In this document: in pieces, positions 30,608 through 49,961 of the stretch | Position numbering within the stretch: position 1 is the stretch's first letter | How the letters are laid out: each line of letters begins with the position of its first letter | Assembly: GCF_009914755.1 (NCBI RefSeq) | Contig: NC_060932.1 | Strand: one strand, 5' to 3' | DNA: 64,000 nucleotides | Source of the DNA: the human T2T-CHM13v2.0 reference genome, Homo sapiens | Notes under the pieces: model-generated | The model's input: only the letters and a program-made list of their open reading frames with translations | What the model was told of the DNA's origin: nothing | Database searches by the model: none | Translations under genes and position numbers: made by a program

Positions 30608-31046
30608 TGTGATGGTTAATACTGAGTGTCAACTTGATTGGATTAAAGGATGCAAAGTATTATTCTTGGGTGTGTCTGTGAGGGTGGTGCCAAAGGAGAT
30701 TAACATTTGAATCAGTGGACTGGGAAAAGCAGACCCACCCTCAATCTGGGTGGGGACAATCTAATCAGCTGCCAGCATGGCCAGAATAAAAGCAGGCAGG
30801 AGAACATGGAGAGATTAGACTGGCTTAGCCTCCCAGCCTGCATCTTTCTCCCATGCTGGATGCTTCCTTCCCTCAAACATTGGACCCCAAGTTCTTCAGC
30901 TTTGGTACTTGGACTGGCTTCCTTGCTCCTCAGCTTGCAGACAGCCTATTGTGGGAGCTTGTGATCGTGTGAGTTAATGCTCCTTAATAAACTCCCATAT
31001 ATATATTATCCTATTAGTTCTGTCCCTCTAGAGAACCCTGACTAAT
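30608..31046 (+). mobile_element. MLT2A (HERVL) solo LTR
   Basis: tgtgatggttaatactgagtgtcaacttgattgg...atcctattagttctgtccctctagagaaccctgactaat; AATAAA near 30986. Confidence 0.9.
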
Positions 31047-32876
31047 GACTAACAGTACAGAAATTTGATTGAGATTTTTAGAATTCATATGGATGTTTGA
31101 TGTTACATAGACATCTAGGCACATTGTTAGATTTTATTTAATGGTTGATAATTTCCACTGAAGAACATTTAATATATATGAGTCAACACCATTTTTGGTT
31201 AAAATTTTTACTATATTTTATTGTGGTGAAGATATATAACAACATTTGCATGTAATAATATTTTAAATATTGGTACTTAATATAAAATTTGTGAATCTAA
31301 GGCAATTTATATCTCATAGGACCAAAGAAAAGACAAGATTGAAATTCACAGGGCAATAATGATAAAAAGATTTGTGCTCTTGATTTTATTTAGTTATTTT
31401 AACAAAAGGTCAGTATGATGTTTGTTGCATGGAAATAATTACAAACAGTCAACATGAGATACTATTAGATAAAAAGTGAAGTAGTAATATATGCATATAT
31501 TACATATTATACATAAGCAAATTATAATAGTAACCCAAATTTATTGGGCTATTGGTATTTGCTCACACTGTTCTTAGTGCTTTACATATGTTAACTTATT
31601 TTTTAATTTTATCCTCATAAAAATGATGAATTAAATATTATTGTTTTTCTCCTTTTTTATATATGAGGCATAGGAAGGTTAGGCAAAAAGTCCAAAGTTA
31701 CATAGTATTTTGTGGTCTGGCCAGGAATTGAACCAAAGCAGTCTGACTCTACAAACTGGAATCCTAACTGCTAGGCAATACTGCCCAGGTTACAATTCAT
31801 TTTTATGGTTTTGGAATGAGAAATTGATTTAGATTCAAAAGATTAAGACATAGGTTCAAATCTCAGCCACACCAATTACTATCTTTGTAAACTTGGCTCC
31901 AACTCACATAACCTCATTCGAAAGAAATGGAAATAAATAAGATGAATTTCTAGCAAAAATTCACCATGGCAGTAAATAATAGCATTTTTATTGTGACTTC
32001 GAAATTCATCTCAATAGATATTGAATAGATATTGCCTTATAATCAAGCACTAGTATATTTTTGAAAACAATATTTTTAACTAACAATCGACAGTCAAAAT
32101 CAGTTAAGCAACCACGTCCTTTAGAACTAGCATATATTTACTTTCTTGAGGAGTCAAAAGATAGATATGTGATTCACAGACATCCCATTAATAGTTTACC
32201 AGGACACGAACAGTCAAAAAAATTAATTACATATGATTATCACACAAAAGGAGGTGACTACATTACTTGAATGACAAAAGGAAAAGTATTCATTGAAGAC
32301 AAAAAGCACGAGCACTGTAAACTGATAAAAACAAATTTACTCACGGTTAGATTAGAAACAGTGCAGTTTAGTTTCTATTTTCACAGTAATGTTAAAATAA
32401 TGCATTTTCCATTTCCTTAAGCATTAATGCATCTCTTCAAGAAGCATAGAGTTATTATTAAGCCTTCATTTTTCCCCTCCATTTTAAAAACATCCTTTAC
32501 TAGAGAAACGTATGAAAGAAACAATCTAGTGGCCTCAAAGGTGATAAATACTAATGGGCAACTGGACCATATTCGAGTCACACATACTATCTTCTTAGTT
32601 TCTACTCATCCTTCTAGAGTCAGTTTAAGTACCATTTTCTCTAGACGCTTTGCTTGGCTTCCTAGATTATTAGGTCCGTCATAAAAATATGCTCTGAGAA
32701 AACTCTGTTCTACTTTCACAGAACTTAAAATCACATCTGTTTGCTGGTTTAAGAATTTGCCCTCTGGACTGTAAGCTTGCTCGGTAAGGAGAGGGCCATG
32801 TTGACTTGGTCAGTGCTCTATCCAGGGCTTGGCACAGTGCCTGGCATTTAGAATGCTCTAAAAAATTAGTTGTTTT

Positions 32877-33190
32877 GGCCTGGTGGGGTGGCTCATGCCT
32901 GTAATCCCAGCACTTTGGGAGACCAAGGCGGGTGGATCACAAGGTCAGGAGTTCAAGACCAGCCAGGCCAAGATGGTGAAACCCCGTCTCTACTAAAAAT
33001 ACAACAATTAGCTGGGTGTGGTGGTGGGCGCATGTAATCCCAGCTACTCGGGAGGCTGAGGCAGAGAATTACTTCCACCCAGGAGGTGGAGGTTACAGTG
33101 AGCCGAAGTCCCACCACTGCACTTCAGCCTGGGCAACAGAGTGAGACTCTGTCTCAAAATATATAAATAAATTTAAAAATAATAATAATA
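32877..33190 (+). mobile_element. AluS (Sg-like)
   Basis: Full dimer with an AT-rich tail. Confidence 0.9.
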
Positions 33191-33649
33191 ATTGTTTATT
33201 TGAGACATAATCCCAATTTGATATACATGTTTTCTTGTCTCATTCTCCTTCCTCTCTAATCTCCAGACCACTTCATAGAGTACTCCTAAAATTCTTCAAA
33301 AAGGCAGAGGGAGAAAATAAATTATGAAAAACTTTCATCTCTGGACACTGCCTTGTCGCTGTGACACCCCACCATCCTTGAAATCATGTTACCACCAAGC
33401 AATTTACTTTTCATTATATCAAATTTACCATGGGGTCAGCCATAATAAGAACTGTAGTGTAGCTGTCAGAGTTTTCTATTTCATCTTATAGTCTGGTATT
33501 CCAGAGTTTCTTCTGTAGCATTTTCTTTGCAAATAAAGTACATTGTCATTCAATGTTCCATTGACTTGGTTATTTATTCATTGGGACCTACTGAGTATTA
33601 AAAACTGGTCACAAAGATGAATAAAAAAGCTGAAATTCAGGATGCAAAA

Positions 33650-33915
33650 TAACAATTAGACAGGAGGAATAAGTACAGGAGATTTATTGTACAGCTTTGT
33701 GATTACAGTTACCGATGAAATATTGTATTCTTGAAAACGCTGGTAGAGTGGATGGTAAGTGTTCTCACCACAAAAATGATAACTTTGTGAGGTAATGCAT
33801 ATGTTAATTAGCTAGATTTAACCATGTCACAATATATATATTCTTCAAAACACCTTATTGTATACAATAAATACATGTAAATTTATCTATCATCTTAAAC
33901 AAATAAATACATTTA
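33650..33915 (+). mobile_element. L1MA 3' end
   Basis: attagacaggaggaataag...gttctcaccacaaaaatgataact..gtgaggtaatgcatatgttaattagctag. Confidence 0.8.
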
Positions 33916-34059
33916 AAAAAATGAAGAGATGTAATTTTCAGGTTTGCTGCAAAGTCAGACAATAAAGAAATAGAAAAAATAGTCAAAATAGGAATACATT
34001 TCTTTGCTCCCTATTTACAAGAGAGAAATAAAAGAATTGTCTGTTTGTTCTCTCCATAT

Positions 34060-35230
34060 TCCTCTCATTTTCTCTTGAGCTTGCTTTCATCAGGCTTTTG
34101 TCCATATCCAACTAAGGAGCTCTTGCCAAGATTGCTAACGACTTCTCATGTTACTAAATCCAATGGGTAATTCTGAGTGTGCATTTTAGCTGAACTTCTT
34201 AGCATTTGGAACAAATAATTTCTGAAATGCTTTCTTGACCTGGTTTCAGGGCCACCACTAAAACGTTATAAACTGATGACCTATTTTAGACCTCACTCTT
34301 GTACACTAGACCCATTTGTCCAAGTGCTTCCATAAGTTTTTCACTTGGATAGTATTTCCAAAATGGAACTTATGGTTTTCCTCTTCAAGTCTACTCCTCT
34401 GCCACATCCGCCACTTCAGTTAGTGGCCCCCTGATTCATCTTATAACTTATGTCACAAACCTTAGAGTCATCCTTTGCTCTTCTCATTTTTTTCATATAT
34501 CTTTATCCCAGCAAAATATGTTTTTAATCTAATCTTTTATCACCACCTCCTCTATACTCTTTGGTCCTCGCCAACATCATCACTTTTAGACTACTGCAAT
34601 AGCTTCCTAACTGGTTTTACTCTCCTTCTCTGTTCCCACTACCCACATACACCCACCCAATTTATTCTTGTAGCAACCAGAGTGATCTTTTAAATGTATT
34701 AATCCATTTAACTTACTGGTTCAAAACTCTTTCCATGACTTCCTTAGAATACATTTCAAGTTGTAACAGTGATATAGAACCTGGTCCATAATTGGACATC
34801 CATCTACCTGATTTCCACCACTCTCTGTGCTCACTTTGTTTCACCTGCTACCCCTCAAACACACCATGCTCACTCATGTCACGAAGCCTCTGCATTTGTT
34901 GTTCTTTCTGCTGCAATGCTCTCCACTCAAATATTCACAGGGCCTACTCTCATTTCGTTTAGATCCCTGCTCAAATATCACTTTCCTATTTAAAATAGCA
35001 TCCACTTATCACTCTGTATCCCCTCAGCAGCTTTAATTGTCTGCATGGTATTTATTACTACTTGACATTGTATTATGTTTTCTGTTTGTTTGATTATTGT
35101 TCCTTTCCCTGATTAAACATAAACTCCATGACAGTAAGGATTTTGTTTCGTTCACTGTATCCTCAGTGCCTAGAACAGGGTCTGGCAACAGAGTAGGTGC
35201 TAAACAAGTCTGTATTAAATTGATGAAGGA
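34060..35230 (+). mobile_element. L2
   Basis: aaaccttagagtcatcctt, gactactgcaatagcttcctaactgg, cagtgcctagaacag...gtaggtgct 3' end. Confidence 0.75.
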
Positions 35231-35775
35231 ATTTATAGAATCCTAGAAGTGGTGGTGATGGAATATAATTATATTTAAAGTACTAAAGAAAACATAAGTG
35301 CCTTCTTTCAACAAACCTATTTGAGTGTCTATTATGTACCTAACATTGCGCTCAGTGCTTGAGATATAAAGACACATAAAAAACAAATTTTGTCTTCAGA
35401 GTTCTCGAAGATTCTTGAGGGATAAACATGGCAACTTTCATATTAATCACCAAAGAACCAGGGACATAATGTTCCCATCGGTATTTCTTACACTGACCTT
35501 TCAGTTTTGCTCCTTTCTTCATATTGAAATTATGTATCTTCATAATAAATGTATCAATGCACTATCAACCAGGATGAAACCAGGCATTTTATTTTGCCCT
35601 CAACCAAAGCAGTGCCACATGGGGCTGTAGATTCTGTGATTGCATTCAGAGTAGAAGCAAAGTTTCAAAAAGTGGAGTAGCTGGATTATTATCTGGGTAG
35701 TTTTAACAATTCAGACAATTTTGAGACTTGGTTTATGGATAAAAATTTTCTTTAAAAAGACATTCTTCCACATCT

Positions 35776-36078
35776 AGCCGGGTGCAGTGGCTCATGCCTG
35801 TAATCCCAGCATTTTGGGAGGCTGAGGTTGACGGATCACTTGAGGTCAGGAGTTTGAGATCAGCTTGGTCAACAAGGTGAAACCCCATCTCTGCCAAAAA
35901 AAGAAGAAAAAAAAAATTAGCTGGGCATGGTGGCACGCTATGGGAGGCTGAGGTAGGAGAATCACTTGAACCTGGGAGGCAGAGGTTGCAGTGAGTCAAG
36001 ATGGAGCCACTGTACTCCAGCCTGGGTGACAGAGTGAAATTTCATCTCAAAAAAAAAATAATAATAATAAAATAAAAA
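35776..36078 (+). mobile_element. AluS with right-arm deletion
   Basis: ggtggcacgctatgggaggctgagg lacks the ctgtaatcccagctact segment. Confidence 0.88.
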
Positions 36079-36334
36079 GACATTCATTCACACATTGACT
36101 AATCAATTCACTTTGCTATTGTAGAGTTAGTAAATATCAAGGTCTTCATCTAAAATAGTGTTCAAATTCCATTGGTTAAACATTAAAACCCAAACAAAAG
36201 GCTTTAATATAACATCTATGTGAGGATAGTTTATATAATTGTCATGCCTTCTAACACAATAAATAATGTTTATTATACTAAGTAAGAACTATGAAGTGTG
36301 CTAGTTCAGGGATGAAGGAGTAGGAAGACAGGAG

Positions 36335-36906
36335 AGGAGATTTCTCAAATAACTTAAGACAGTACTACTATTTGACTCAGCAATCCCATTACTGGGTATA
36401 TACCCAAAAGAATATAAATTTTGCTACCCAAAAGACACATGCATTTATATGTTCATTGAAACACTATTCACAAAAGCAAAGACATGAAATCAACTTACCT
36501 GACCATCAATGGTGGACTGGATAAAGAAAATGTGGTACATATATACCGTGGAATACTATGTAGCCATGAAAAAGAACTAAATCTTGTCCTTTGGAACAAC
36601 ATGGGTGCAGATGGAGACTGTATCCTTAGAAAATTAATGCATGAGGAGAAAACCAAATACCACGTTCTTACTTATAAGTGGGAGCTAAACATTGAGTACA
36701 CATGGACACAAAGAGAGGAAAAATAGACTGGGGCTTACTTGAGAGTGGAGGGTGGGAGGAAGGTGAATGTTGAAAAACTGCCTATAGGATACTATGCTCA
36801 TTACCTGGGTAACAAAATCATCTGTACACCAAACCCCAGCTACATGCAATTTACCCATGTAACAAACCTGTGCATGAACCTAAAATAAAAGTTGAAAAAG
36901 GAAAAA
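36335..36906 (+). mobile_element. L1PB/late L1PA 3' end
   Basis: cagcaatcccattactgggtatatacccaaa...cttataagtgggagctaaac...cccatgtaacaaacctg. Confidence 0.88.
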
Positions 36907-38049
36907 AGATTCTCCCAGAAGAGAAGGGAATCAGGGGTTTTAGTTGACATCAGTGCAGAATTCTCTAGGTTCAGAGCCCTAGATAAGGATTCTTGCAGTA
37001 GTCTAGCACAGGAAGCCATAGTAAGTCAGAGCATTAAAATTCAGACTAATAGAAGATAGCAACACAGATGCAAAATAGAGGCTGTGTTTTTTAAATCAAG
37101 ATAATCAGTATCTCATGTTGCAAATCTTTCATACGTCCTACTCAGAGTCAAGTTAACCTGTTTTCCAAGTGGACAGTTTAATTCCTGAGAGTAGAAACTA
37201 GTGAGTCACATGAATGGATTAATGGTAAACTACACTGGCTCAAGTGAGGGTCTGGTAACAGAAGTAAAGGCAAAAATTGACGGTTCTAATCTAGTTTATA
37301 GCTTAGTAGATTACAATTTATGTATTGTATTTTTAAGCCACATCTATGCTTTCAGATTCCATCAGCACCTCAAACATCCCAGCCATTAACCCCAAGTCCA
37401 AAACGATGTAGTAAGGAAAAACACTATGCTAAAGACCCAGCATCTAGGAGGAGAAAGAGGTTCATGATGCTTCTCTTTTCTTATTTCTATTGACTTATTA
37501 ATAAACTATAGAGACAACTGGTCTCATCTCTGTTTATTCTACAACTCCTGAAGATTAGGAATATGATTTTAAGCAAACTATTAATTTTTAACACAATTAT
37601 ATTTCAATAATTCTTGATTTCCTATGGAGTTTATTACAGTGGGGGGTTTACTTGAATTAAAAATAGTTTTGTAGCAACACTTGTCACACTTTATATAGAC
37701 TAAATTATATGACAGGATGCAAACAGTGAGAAAAATCTTAAAAGTAATTTACCCACTCCATGTTTAAATTCCTTTTGGAATATTTTCATCATGGAATCAC
37801 CCATTCTTGTGCTTGAACACCTTGATAAGGGGGGACTCACTTTATGAAGAGGCAGTTCATTTAATTTTTTGGACAACTCTAAATTTTACAAAGTTCTTTC
37901 CTAAACTAAGCCAAAATTCATTTGGAGCTTTTATCTAAAGTAGTACTTCATTTGGTAGAAGGTAGTAGAAGTACTAACATCATCTTATGTACTTTCTGTG
38001 ATATTTTCTCTTCCTCTGCTTCTTCCTCTAATTTTCTATCTTCTTTTAT

Positions 38050-42100
<4,051 letters not shown>

Positions 42101-42407
42101 AAAAACCAGCTAGATGGAGAGAGCTGATAGATGGAGTTGTAACAACAAAAAGTCGTAGGATAGTAGGCCCACTATGTTCACATAAATGTTGAATATACAT
42201 GCAAATATATACAAAATAACTGCAAGGATAGTAGTTAATTTAACAAATATTAGTGAACACCTATATATGCTATCCTAGATGTCAGATTTATGGCTGTGAC
42301 TAAACAGGCAGATGAACAGTATTAATTTTATTTACCTTTATGGTGTTGGATTGTGATCGTGAAAAGGGACTTTCATTGCTATTCTATATGTGGTTGTATT
42401 GGTTGAT

Positions 42408-43158
<751 letters not shown>

Positions 43159-43330
43159 GTGTACTACTTTTATAAATTTAAAATAAAAGAGAAAAAGAAG
43201 AGAAAAGGTAAACCCACATGTAGTCCTTGTCCACTTGAAACTGAGGATTCTATTGGCATGGAACTGAATTTAACTAACCTGATATTTATGTATTTAGATA
43301 CTTTGGCATTCATGTTTGCTAATTCATCTA

Positions 43331-43711
<381 letters not shown>

Positions 43712-44011
43712 TTAACATCATCTTGCTTATATTCATCTTCAAATTCCTTTCCTTAGCCTCAGAGTCATTACTCAGATATAAACAGGCTCAAAATGCAAGT
43801 GTGTCAATCATACAACTGAATCTCTAAACTTTGTTTATTGATTTTGCTTGAAAATATTTTATAATTTAGTGAATTACCTGTTCAATCTGATTGCAACTGA
43901 AAATTTGAGAGTCCTACTAACCTGCAATATTTCTTTTAAAGAAATGTGACAACTTGCAGCAATTATATCTTCTAGCCAAGTGTACTCACTGAATACACAT
44001 GTCCTTTATAA

Positions 44012-44370
<359 letters not shown>

Positions 44371-44562
44371 CCAGAGATTCACTTCTTAAGGTGATTTTAA
44401 AAATCTTCAACTTTAAATATGTTGTTTACTTTGGTGAAACTAAGTCAATAAAAGCACTACTATTTCTTCTATGCTATGCTGGTTTTTACACCCGAGAAGA
44501 TTTAGAAATTGTTCAGATAAGCTTCAGAGTAGTTATATTAGTGTTTTTGGAATTATTCAGTT

Positions 44563-44652
44563 TCTCCCATCCAAGTACTAACCAGGCCCGACCCTGCTTA
44601 GCTTCCGAGATCAGACGAGATCGGGCGCGTTCAGGGTGGTATGGCCATAGAC
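44563..44652 (-). pseudogene. 5S rRNA retropseudogene, nt 1-90 only, tailless
   Basis: Reverse complement GTCTATGGCCATACCACCCTGAACGCGCCCGATC...GGATGGGAGA is 89/90 identical to recalled human 5S; perfect 15-bp TSD aattattcagtttct at 44551-44565 and 44653-44667. Confidence 0.97.
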
Positions 44653-47600
44653 AATTATTCAGTTTCTAACAATAAGTTTTTTTTTCCAGAAGGGTGAAGT
44701 TATACTTTTTATGAGCTGCCTTATGTGGCTTTACCAATGGAAATGATCAAATAAATCGAGTGCCAAGTTTACTCTTAATTTCTTCATGCTACATAGATTC
44801 AGTTAGTCTAAAAAGTTGTTTGGTTGAATTTACACAAGTTTAGCAATGTGTGCATTAAATCTGCATTTCCCCAGAATAAAGAGCTGATTTCTTAGACCCT
44901 AAATCACACCAGGAGTTAAATACCACTTATCCAGTCAAATAAGAGGTATTTTTGAAGCACTACAAAAAGAAAGAATAGACAAATATTATGGTCCAGTGAT
45001 TCTGATAAATACAAATGATCCGAAACCTTCAACCTGGGAATCAAGTGTAAGCAATGCTCAGTTTTTTTTCCTGAACTCCCTGGAGAAGATATCATGGAAA
45101 TAATTATAATGCTGGAGAAAAGCTTAGCAAATAAGACTCTAGCTAGGTTCCCTTCACAGTCTCTTGCAATGAAAAAAAGAATTTAAAGAGCCTCACACAT
45201 GATGTAGGTGAGTGTTGGAAGTTCTGATTGCTTATCTGAACTCTCAAACCTTTGGCTGCATGCCCACCTCCAGGGTGAACCCTGTCATCTTTTGCATGAA
45301 ACAGAATGAGGTGATTTGAACCTCGGAGTCTATTTCTTCCCTAGATGCATGTGTACAATTTCTATTAATTTTAATGAGAATTATGTTTGCACATTGAGGC
45401 AGGATAAATCCCTTCGGGAGGAATCTTGCCCTTGGATGCATACTGTAATTTCCATTAAAGGGATAAAACCCCAGGGGATCCATACATGGGCGCCTGAGGG
45501 CAAGATCTGACCCTCTGCATAAAAAACACTGCACAAATCACCAGGTCATCCTAGACATGTAGATGCCAAAAATATAAGAGGTTAGCAAGCATTTATTTTA
45601 GCCTGTATTCAGGTGATGTGAGTTTCTCAGAGTTACGCCTTTAACCTGCGGTTCCTGTAAGGAAGAAATAACTACCAAGCAATAGAGTCTACTCTTTCAA
45701 TAAGGATATTGCTAAAGAACAATAACCAATGTAAGATGAACAATATTGTATATATTTTAAAAAGAAATAATACAAGTAAAATAAAAGAGACAATGAAAGT
45801 TGTGTTAATTAAGAAAGTGACCTACTTTACTACTCTTGTTTCCACAGGAGACATTGAAGATTATGGACAATTTAAGTCTATTCATCAGTGAATCCTGCGT
45901 GAAAACTTTTTAAGTGGCCCTAATACATTATGAATAATCTCAGGGCAGAGATCTGTTTTGAAGGAGATATGATTGATGGTCTATCATTCCTAATTCACTG
46001 TTTATACTGGTAGCCAGCCTACTGGGAAAATACCTCATTCATCAGGGTATTAGTGAATTCAACCAACGTATGGCACCTTCATTTTAACAAACTAAAGGAG
46101 AAAAGCTAAATGGGGGAAATTGACAACCATCTCTGATTCTATGATAATGCAATTAGGCTGCTCCTCTCCAGAGCTTTTGCTAATTCACAAAACAGCTTCA
46201 GTCGGCAGGTCATAAATATATGATCATTTTTCACACTTTGAAAAGTAATGATGCCTTGACATGAATCAATAGATCTTGGTGAAGTCCTTTATACTTTTAT
46301 GTTCAGCATGCAAGTCAGTTTTAAAACTCGTGTGTATTAAATCTGACTTGCTATCCAGCCTGTGTTTACATAATCTAATTTAACAAAGTCTCAAATAAAC
46401 GTGTAAATGAAGTGTTTATAGTAAGCACAAGGAAAGTTTCCCTTTCATTGAGAAAGTGTGATATGGTGCATCAAACTATTTTAATTTGCACCCTGAAATA
46501 CCCATATTTGCAAATGTGCCACATACAGAGAGCTGTTGCTCCTAAAATTTGGTAGTTTCTATATTGAGTTTGCATATTATGCTCAATAGCTGAATTAAAA
46601 AAAATTCTACTGCATATGACACAGTGTGTAATGCATTATTTATCTAAAATGGATCTGGTACAAAACATCCAGAAAAGATTAATAACTATCTCCCAGACAC
46701 CCCTCCAAAAGGGCTTGCTCATCTTTTTAAAACAATTGCATAAAAATACATGGTGAACATAGATACATGTATTAAGTAGCAAAGATACACAGCAGCACAA
46801 CCTTTTTCTAACAATCATAGTTCCACATGCTCTACAGGGAATAGGAAGATGGACAGGCTAATGAATACAGCAGGTAGCAAGTGGTTGAGGTTTGCTTAAG
46901 AATGAATTATCAAACAGCTACAAATTGCCAATTTAAAGAGGTTATACTCTACTGTACATAGCATTTTATTTTTTATTCCTGGAATGGTTGACAATTTTCC
47001 TGGATGAAAAGTGAAATGATACTAAATCATAAATGTACCTGCTGTGCTGTCATTCCCATTAACTCCCCCCTTTGTTTTGTTTATTCACTGTTCATGGTTG
47101 CAAAAACTGATGTGCTTTATAACAGCATGGACAAAGCCACATTTTCATCAAAGACCTAGATGACAATATATTTTTAAATTAAAACTAAAACAATTGGTGT
47201 TTTTCTCCTGAGTCTTTCACAGTCATTTGGAACTGCCGATGAAAATAAATATTGCATAGAAAATTGTTTTTGAAGTGTTCATGTGTTGTGCGTAATCTCC
47301 ATTATTTGATATTTGCTATGATGAGTAATTGATATGATACACTGTCTATAAATAGATTGTGTCTTCACAATACAACATCAAGGGGGTGATGGAACATCGA
47401 TACCACTGATTGAAATTTCCATTTTGTCTTGTGCTCTGTAAATCTAGCCTTAAGCATATATATTCCCTAGAGGCGCATGATACTAAGCAAAAGTAGGCAA
47501 TGGCTAGCACAGGTTCTTAGTAACTTTAATTCTTTAAAATCAGATTATTAAATCACAAACCACCTCCTAGAGGTAATTTGGCAAAGCCATTTTGAGAATG

Positions 47601-49647
47601 TCCTTCGAATGTTCACAAAGGGATACCAATTGGTACTTGACAGTTAATATTATTTATAGAGGAATTTATAGTCTTCAGATCCATGCACAACACATTGAAC
47701 CCTCACGCATTTCTTGTTACAGAGGATCCTGGTTCGATTTCCAGGTAAAATATGCAGTTCTCTCCAAAATAACCGCAGTTACTTCAAAACAGGCTGTGAA
47801 AAGCCATGTGAAACAACCTCTAACATTATTTTACTGAATCCTCTTTGCCCTCTAATTCTGATCATGAGTCTGTTGGAGGCCTGGCATCTATTTTATGAAG
47901 GTTTTTGCAAGGAAAATATTTAGATTAATGATATAATTTAATGATAATTTAGTGACAGTAGATCTAACCTCAGCTGAGTGACAATAGAATTGAAAAAGTA
48001 AACCAGTGGGAGAGACGAGACAGTGGCTGTTGGGGCAGCAGCAGGGAGGCTGCAAGGGTCACTCTGATTGGCATTGTCACTTTCCCCATTCATCAAGCGA
48101 GGACAGACTTCCCGAATCATTTCCCAGATGGGGCAGCTCATCAGTTTAAACACCTGATATGAAGCCATCCGTCATCTGATAACATGATCCTTGGGCTGCA
48201 GCTGGCTGGGTGCTCTGCAGCCCGAGTGCACATGTGATGGACTCAAGCCAGGGAGGCAGGCTTAGTTGGGCTGCCCTCCCTTGATAGGATTTGCAGTCCT
48301 CCACTGGACCATGGAACAGGTGGAGGCTGAGAGAGAATGAAAAAATTACCATGTGTTGCAGGGATTAGAGCCTTACACACTCACCACTCCACTTGAATAC
48401 CAATCAAAGCCAGACAACCAACCTTGGGTGAGACCAACTTCAGGCCTGGCCATAGAACAGAGAAAGAGAAGATATGCAGATCAAGCTGGGAAACCTGGTT
48501 TCCTGCAGTAAGAACAACTTTTAACATTCAAAACCTGCCTACGTTTTTTTTTAGAAACCAAAAACCTGAGATGAGATTTTTCTCTGAAATCCAACTTTCT
48601 TTTTCTTTCTCTTAAAAAAATAAACAAAGCATCTTGAACATTTTTGAAAGACAGAGGAAAAAAGAGTAATCTCTGGGGAATCATCACAAATCCTGTTATT
48701 TTATGCTCACCATGGTGAAAAACTAATGCAACAAAGACAGTCAGACAAAGAGACAAATTATGCGCACTTAAACTGAAAGTGTTTATTGCCATGTGAAATA
48801 TAATTATGCTGATTTAAAATGTTCACTGCTCAGACAGTCTAGAGCTTATTGGAATAAGGACTAACCTTTCACAGGAGAATGAGGCTTTTGCAGAATTCCA
48901 TGGTAGCATGATAAACTGGGCTGTGTAAAAGTGTGGCCTCCTTTCTCACTCTGGTGGACCATTGTGTGAAACCATCCTTTTATTTGTAAAAATTAAAATC
49001 CCTCAATTGGAGAGTCCATAACTGAGATAACAAGTTAACTAGTAAAGACCTAATCCTCTTATGTCCTTAGTGGAATAATATAGAGAAGTTTATTCTGCTT
49101 ACCATATGACACACCTTATTGTTATAATTCCTGGTGAGGATCTATTCGGGCTTATTTGCTGTTCTCTGCTAACATTGAGCAAGCTCTCTCTCTTTTTCTC
49201 TCTCTGTCTCTCATTCTGTCTTAGATGAATGATTTGGTGTTTTCACCCCAAACGACTTGTGTCTCTAAAAAACCTCTCTATGGACAAGACTCTTGCAGCT
49301 GCAAGAGTGTGGAGCCATTTCCGGTGCAGATTCTACATCTCATTTACATCTCTTCTTCTTCACATTTTCTGTTCAGGGCACTATGTTTATCTCCTGGAAA
49401 TACATATGGTAGTATCTGTCTGCTCCTACTTAGATGAAAACTTTAAATGATCATTCATATGTACACAAAAAACAGATCAGAACTTTCAATCTTCTAAATT
49501 GGTGAGCCTTTTTGTCTTCTCTCCCCTTTCTTCTCCCCATAGTTAGAGTTAAATTTTATACCTGGGTAGTTGATCTAGAATGTCACAAAGATGTTACTGA
49601 GAAGAAGTAAGGGAAAGATAGGCCAATGGACAAAAAGTTAGGAAGCC

Positions 49648-49961
<314 letters not shown>

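Noticed and set aside
47464-47478. CTCF-like tccctagaggcgca
   Set aside because: Spacing is one base short of the core consensus and the 5' half mismatches; too weak to call
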